64,000 bases of DNA, from positions 23,126,001-23,190,000 of the forward strand of contig CM097885.1 in assembly GCA_044892525.1 (NCBI GenBank), read 5' to 3'. Below are positions 61,070 to 64,000 of the stretch, in pieces. The notes beneath the pieces were generated by a model. The model was not told the DNA's origin. It searched no databases and worked only from the letters and a program-made list of their open reading frames with translations. The stretch comes from Schmidtea polychroa. Taxonomy: Eukaryota. Numbering within the stretch: position 1 is the first letter of the stretch; each line of letters opens with the position of its first letter. The position numbers were made by a program, and so were the translations under genes.

Positions 61070-64000
61070 AACATAGGTTTCAAATTATAAAAACATACCA
61101 TTAAGTTATAACTAATTAAAATATGTTAAAATATAAATCGTACATATAAATCGTACGAAACTTCTTCCGCAATTTTCGGCTACCTCTTCAATAAAAGTGG
61201 GGGCATTTTCGGTTATCAAATCGGTGGTATTTTCGGTCCATCATCCATTAATTCATAAATAACTAAATATATTTTTAATCTAATAATTAAAAATCTTTTC
61301 GATCAGTTGGGAACAATTAACATTTTTCAATTGGAAGGCAATTTAAGAATATAACTGTACATAATTTACACTTAAGTTTGATTTATTCAATGTGTTTCAA
61401 CGTAAATAATGTTCAACAAATTCACTGAAAAATATCACAGACTTAAAAAATATAACTTCAAGTTTTTAGATAGAATACTTGATTTTCATCAAGAATATGT
61501 AAGTATGCAAAGTTTCTAGTCGATTGAACGTCGGGAATTGGGTTTAAATCCATTACAATATTTGAATGTAACAGACAAATTAGGCTAAATAAAAGCTTAT
61601 ATTAATTGTCTTAAAATAGAAATTTATTATTAAGACTTCCTTAGCACAAAAGATTATTAATTTAGAAAGTTCATATTTGATCATATTTGTCAATGTTATG
61701 TAAGTTGATAATATTCGCGTCAATTTTCTCAATTTCTAAATAACCTAGGCATTGATTTTGCTGATTTAACTAATTAAAATTGCAATTGGTCTTCAAAGAT
61801 TGATTTTTTTGAAATTTGAAATTTCATTTCTTCTGCTAATATCTTGAAATATCTTGATGATGTAGGGGTTGTTTTCACTTATTAAGTTGTTGCACATATT
61901 TCAATATGCGAGTTTTCGAAAATGATATAGAACACACTATAATACTCTCATATTTGGGACACTATTTTGAATATTTACAAAATTTACTTTTAATGAAAAT
62001 TCTGGCTGTTAGTTGGCTATTATCAACCGACTGATTTATACAAACATTGATAGATCGTAATACTAGATGGCTCTGTGATGATTATGAAATTCAAATCATC
62101 CAAGAATTTACAGTTGAATTTACAGAATCGAATGGAATTAACGAAAATCAACATTCCAAGTCGCAGTACTTCAATATTGTTACCTACTTTTCAGATGAAC
62201 TTCATGCCAATCATTAAACAAAAAGAAAATTCAATAAAAGGGATTAAAACAAATCCTGACAACATTAAAATACAAACATAACATGTTCATGAATCATTTT
62301 TCGTTATATATCAATAAAGTGAAATATGAGAAATACTAAATTATTTACATAAATCACAATGCCCTAAAATCCTGTGCAAACAGGGAATCTGCTTTGTGTA
62401 AGAGTTGTTGCTGCAGTTGGACAAAGCTTGTCCATAAACAAAAAATAAAAGTTAAGTTGCGTTAAAAATTGTTTTCCAGATTTTTCATAAAAGTAACTGT
62501 TTTCCTTATATATATTCGCTATTGAAATGTATTTCAAATTTATTGAAGTTTTGAAACACTTCTGCCATCCTTAACTTCAAAATCCAAGCTTTTTATTCGG
62601 ATTCAAAACTGACCAATGTACACTTCTCCCCCTTCTGACTCTTTTATTAGACACTATTGTTTCCTGAACAGTTTGTTCTCCATTCTCTAACTGAAGCTTA
62701 ATCAACATTCTATATTCGCCCTGCTTCACGATTACCAAAAATTTTGCATGTTGAACACTAGATTTTTTAAATATGAATGTGAAATTTTTATTTTCTTCGA
62801 TACCCTTATTATGTATTAAAAAACAAATCAATTATTTTATTGGTTTTTGGCTAGTGTTGGTGTTTGGGTAAAGAAAACTCGGCTAAAAGTCTGTCGTAAA
62901 CTAACGTGTCCAAACGCTCATAGATCTCGATCAATGTGTCCATGACAACTGCCATGTTGATACGGCTCAATGTCGATGGGAAAATAAAGAGCAAGTGAGC
63001 TACCATCTTATAACTACTCCCATATTTTATCCTATAGAGTCCTATTTGCACGATAACACAAAAAGATTAAATATGAATATTAATTATAATTAATTTTAAG
63101 ATGCATTTTTAAATCCACAATAATTATTAAAAAATGAAAATAATAATTCTATAAAAATGGTAGTATGCATTTACATACGAGTGCCATTATAATAACGACG
63201 AAAAAGGATGAAAATTAATAAAATTGTATGTTTGTTTGAAATAAGCATAAAATTTTTATTAAAAAGGATACATGGGATCGTGTAAATTAAATCAAAAATG
63301 AAATTGTAGAAGAAATTAATTTAACTATAGCACAAAAATTTTCAATGCACTCAGAGAAAATTATGTAAGAATAAATTCTAAAATTCACAGAATGTCTCTG
63401 CATAAGATGCCTCATTGGCAGATTGAGAGAGTGGAAGTATCTCTACAGTCTGAAAAAGTGTATATGCTCGCAATGGAAACCCAAAGTTTCAATTAATTAA
63501 TTTATCGCATCAAAAATAAATATATTACAAAAAAATCAACTAAGCACAATAAATAAAACAGCTAGAAATAAAAATATTTTTTTGGTCTTCGTCACACCGC
63601 ACATTACTACTATTCATCGGTAACAAAGCAACATTGACCCTGTAATTCTAAATGGTTATGTGAACAAAAGATTAGCTTTGGTCATAAAACTGTTAATGCT
63701 TTTCGAGTCTAGGGTTCCTGTACTATCCTAGTTATCATGACAGGCATTTTCTGTCTCATATTTTTCATATGGATTTCAATATACCATACAAATATAAATC
63801 TGAACTTTGAAGAAGAAACTAAACGCTAATTTAATGTTTAAAAGTAAAATATACTTAAAAAGTAATTTTCAAGGTAATACAGTTTATATGTTACAATGTG
63901 GGATCTAGGAAATTAAATATTTTGTTCAACTTTCTGATTATGAGGATTTTTTACGTTCGGCCATCCTTCATTTTTGTTTCGACCAAACTTTCTTGCTCGT

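Noticed and set aside
60817-61101. IYIYIY ORF
   Set aside because: Translation of the (TA)n microsatellite.
61460-63060. Possible host exons (61468-61500, 62068-62220 on +; 62577-63051 on -)
   Set aside because: Splice phases do not join and no protein family was recognised.

Overview
This is AT-rich eukaryotic DNA with ~50-nt introns, most like a freshwater planarian (the taxon is my inference). The one clear host gene is an 8-exon, 249-aa tropomyosin (3808-10604, +); most of the rest is transposon-derived. The dominant feature is a young 22,061-bp Ty3/Gypsy giant LTR element on the minus strand (15762-37822). It has 4,124-bp near-identical LTRs, a CAAG target-site duplication (TSD) and a tRNA-Pro-like primer-binding site (PBS). 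I see no gag or protease. Instead it carries an IAP-type RING ORF, a 2036-aa RT-RNaseH-integrase fused to ankyrin repeats and a membrane-anchored FN3-like tail, a complete intronless TRAF (one internal TAG), several coiled-coil ORFs and a small type-I membrane protein. Almost every cargo ATG sits 0-9 nt behind a 3' splice-acceptor-like AG. The LTR itself looks like a gene: CCAAT/TATA, introns, a conserved hairpin, a 253-aa ORF under purifying selection, and an AATAAA. Two diverged solo LTRs (41778-44431, 44856-49056) and a relic (~58.9 kb) of the same superfamily allow direct comparison. The window also holds a nested Tc1/CsRn1-Gypsy/solo-LTR stack, a pogo transposon, hAT remnants, a foldback-like element, a Polinton polymerase fragment and an N gap. 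All comparisons were made by eye; some single-base lesions may be assembly errors.
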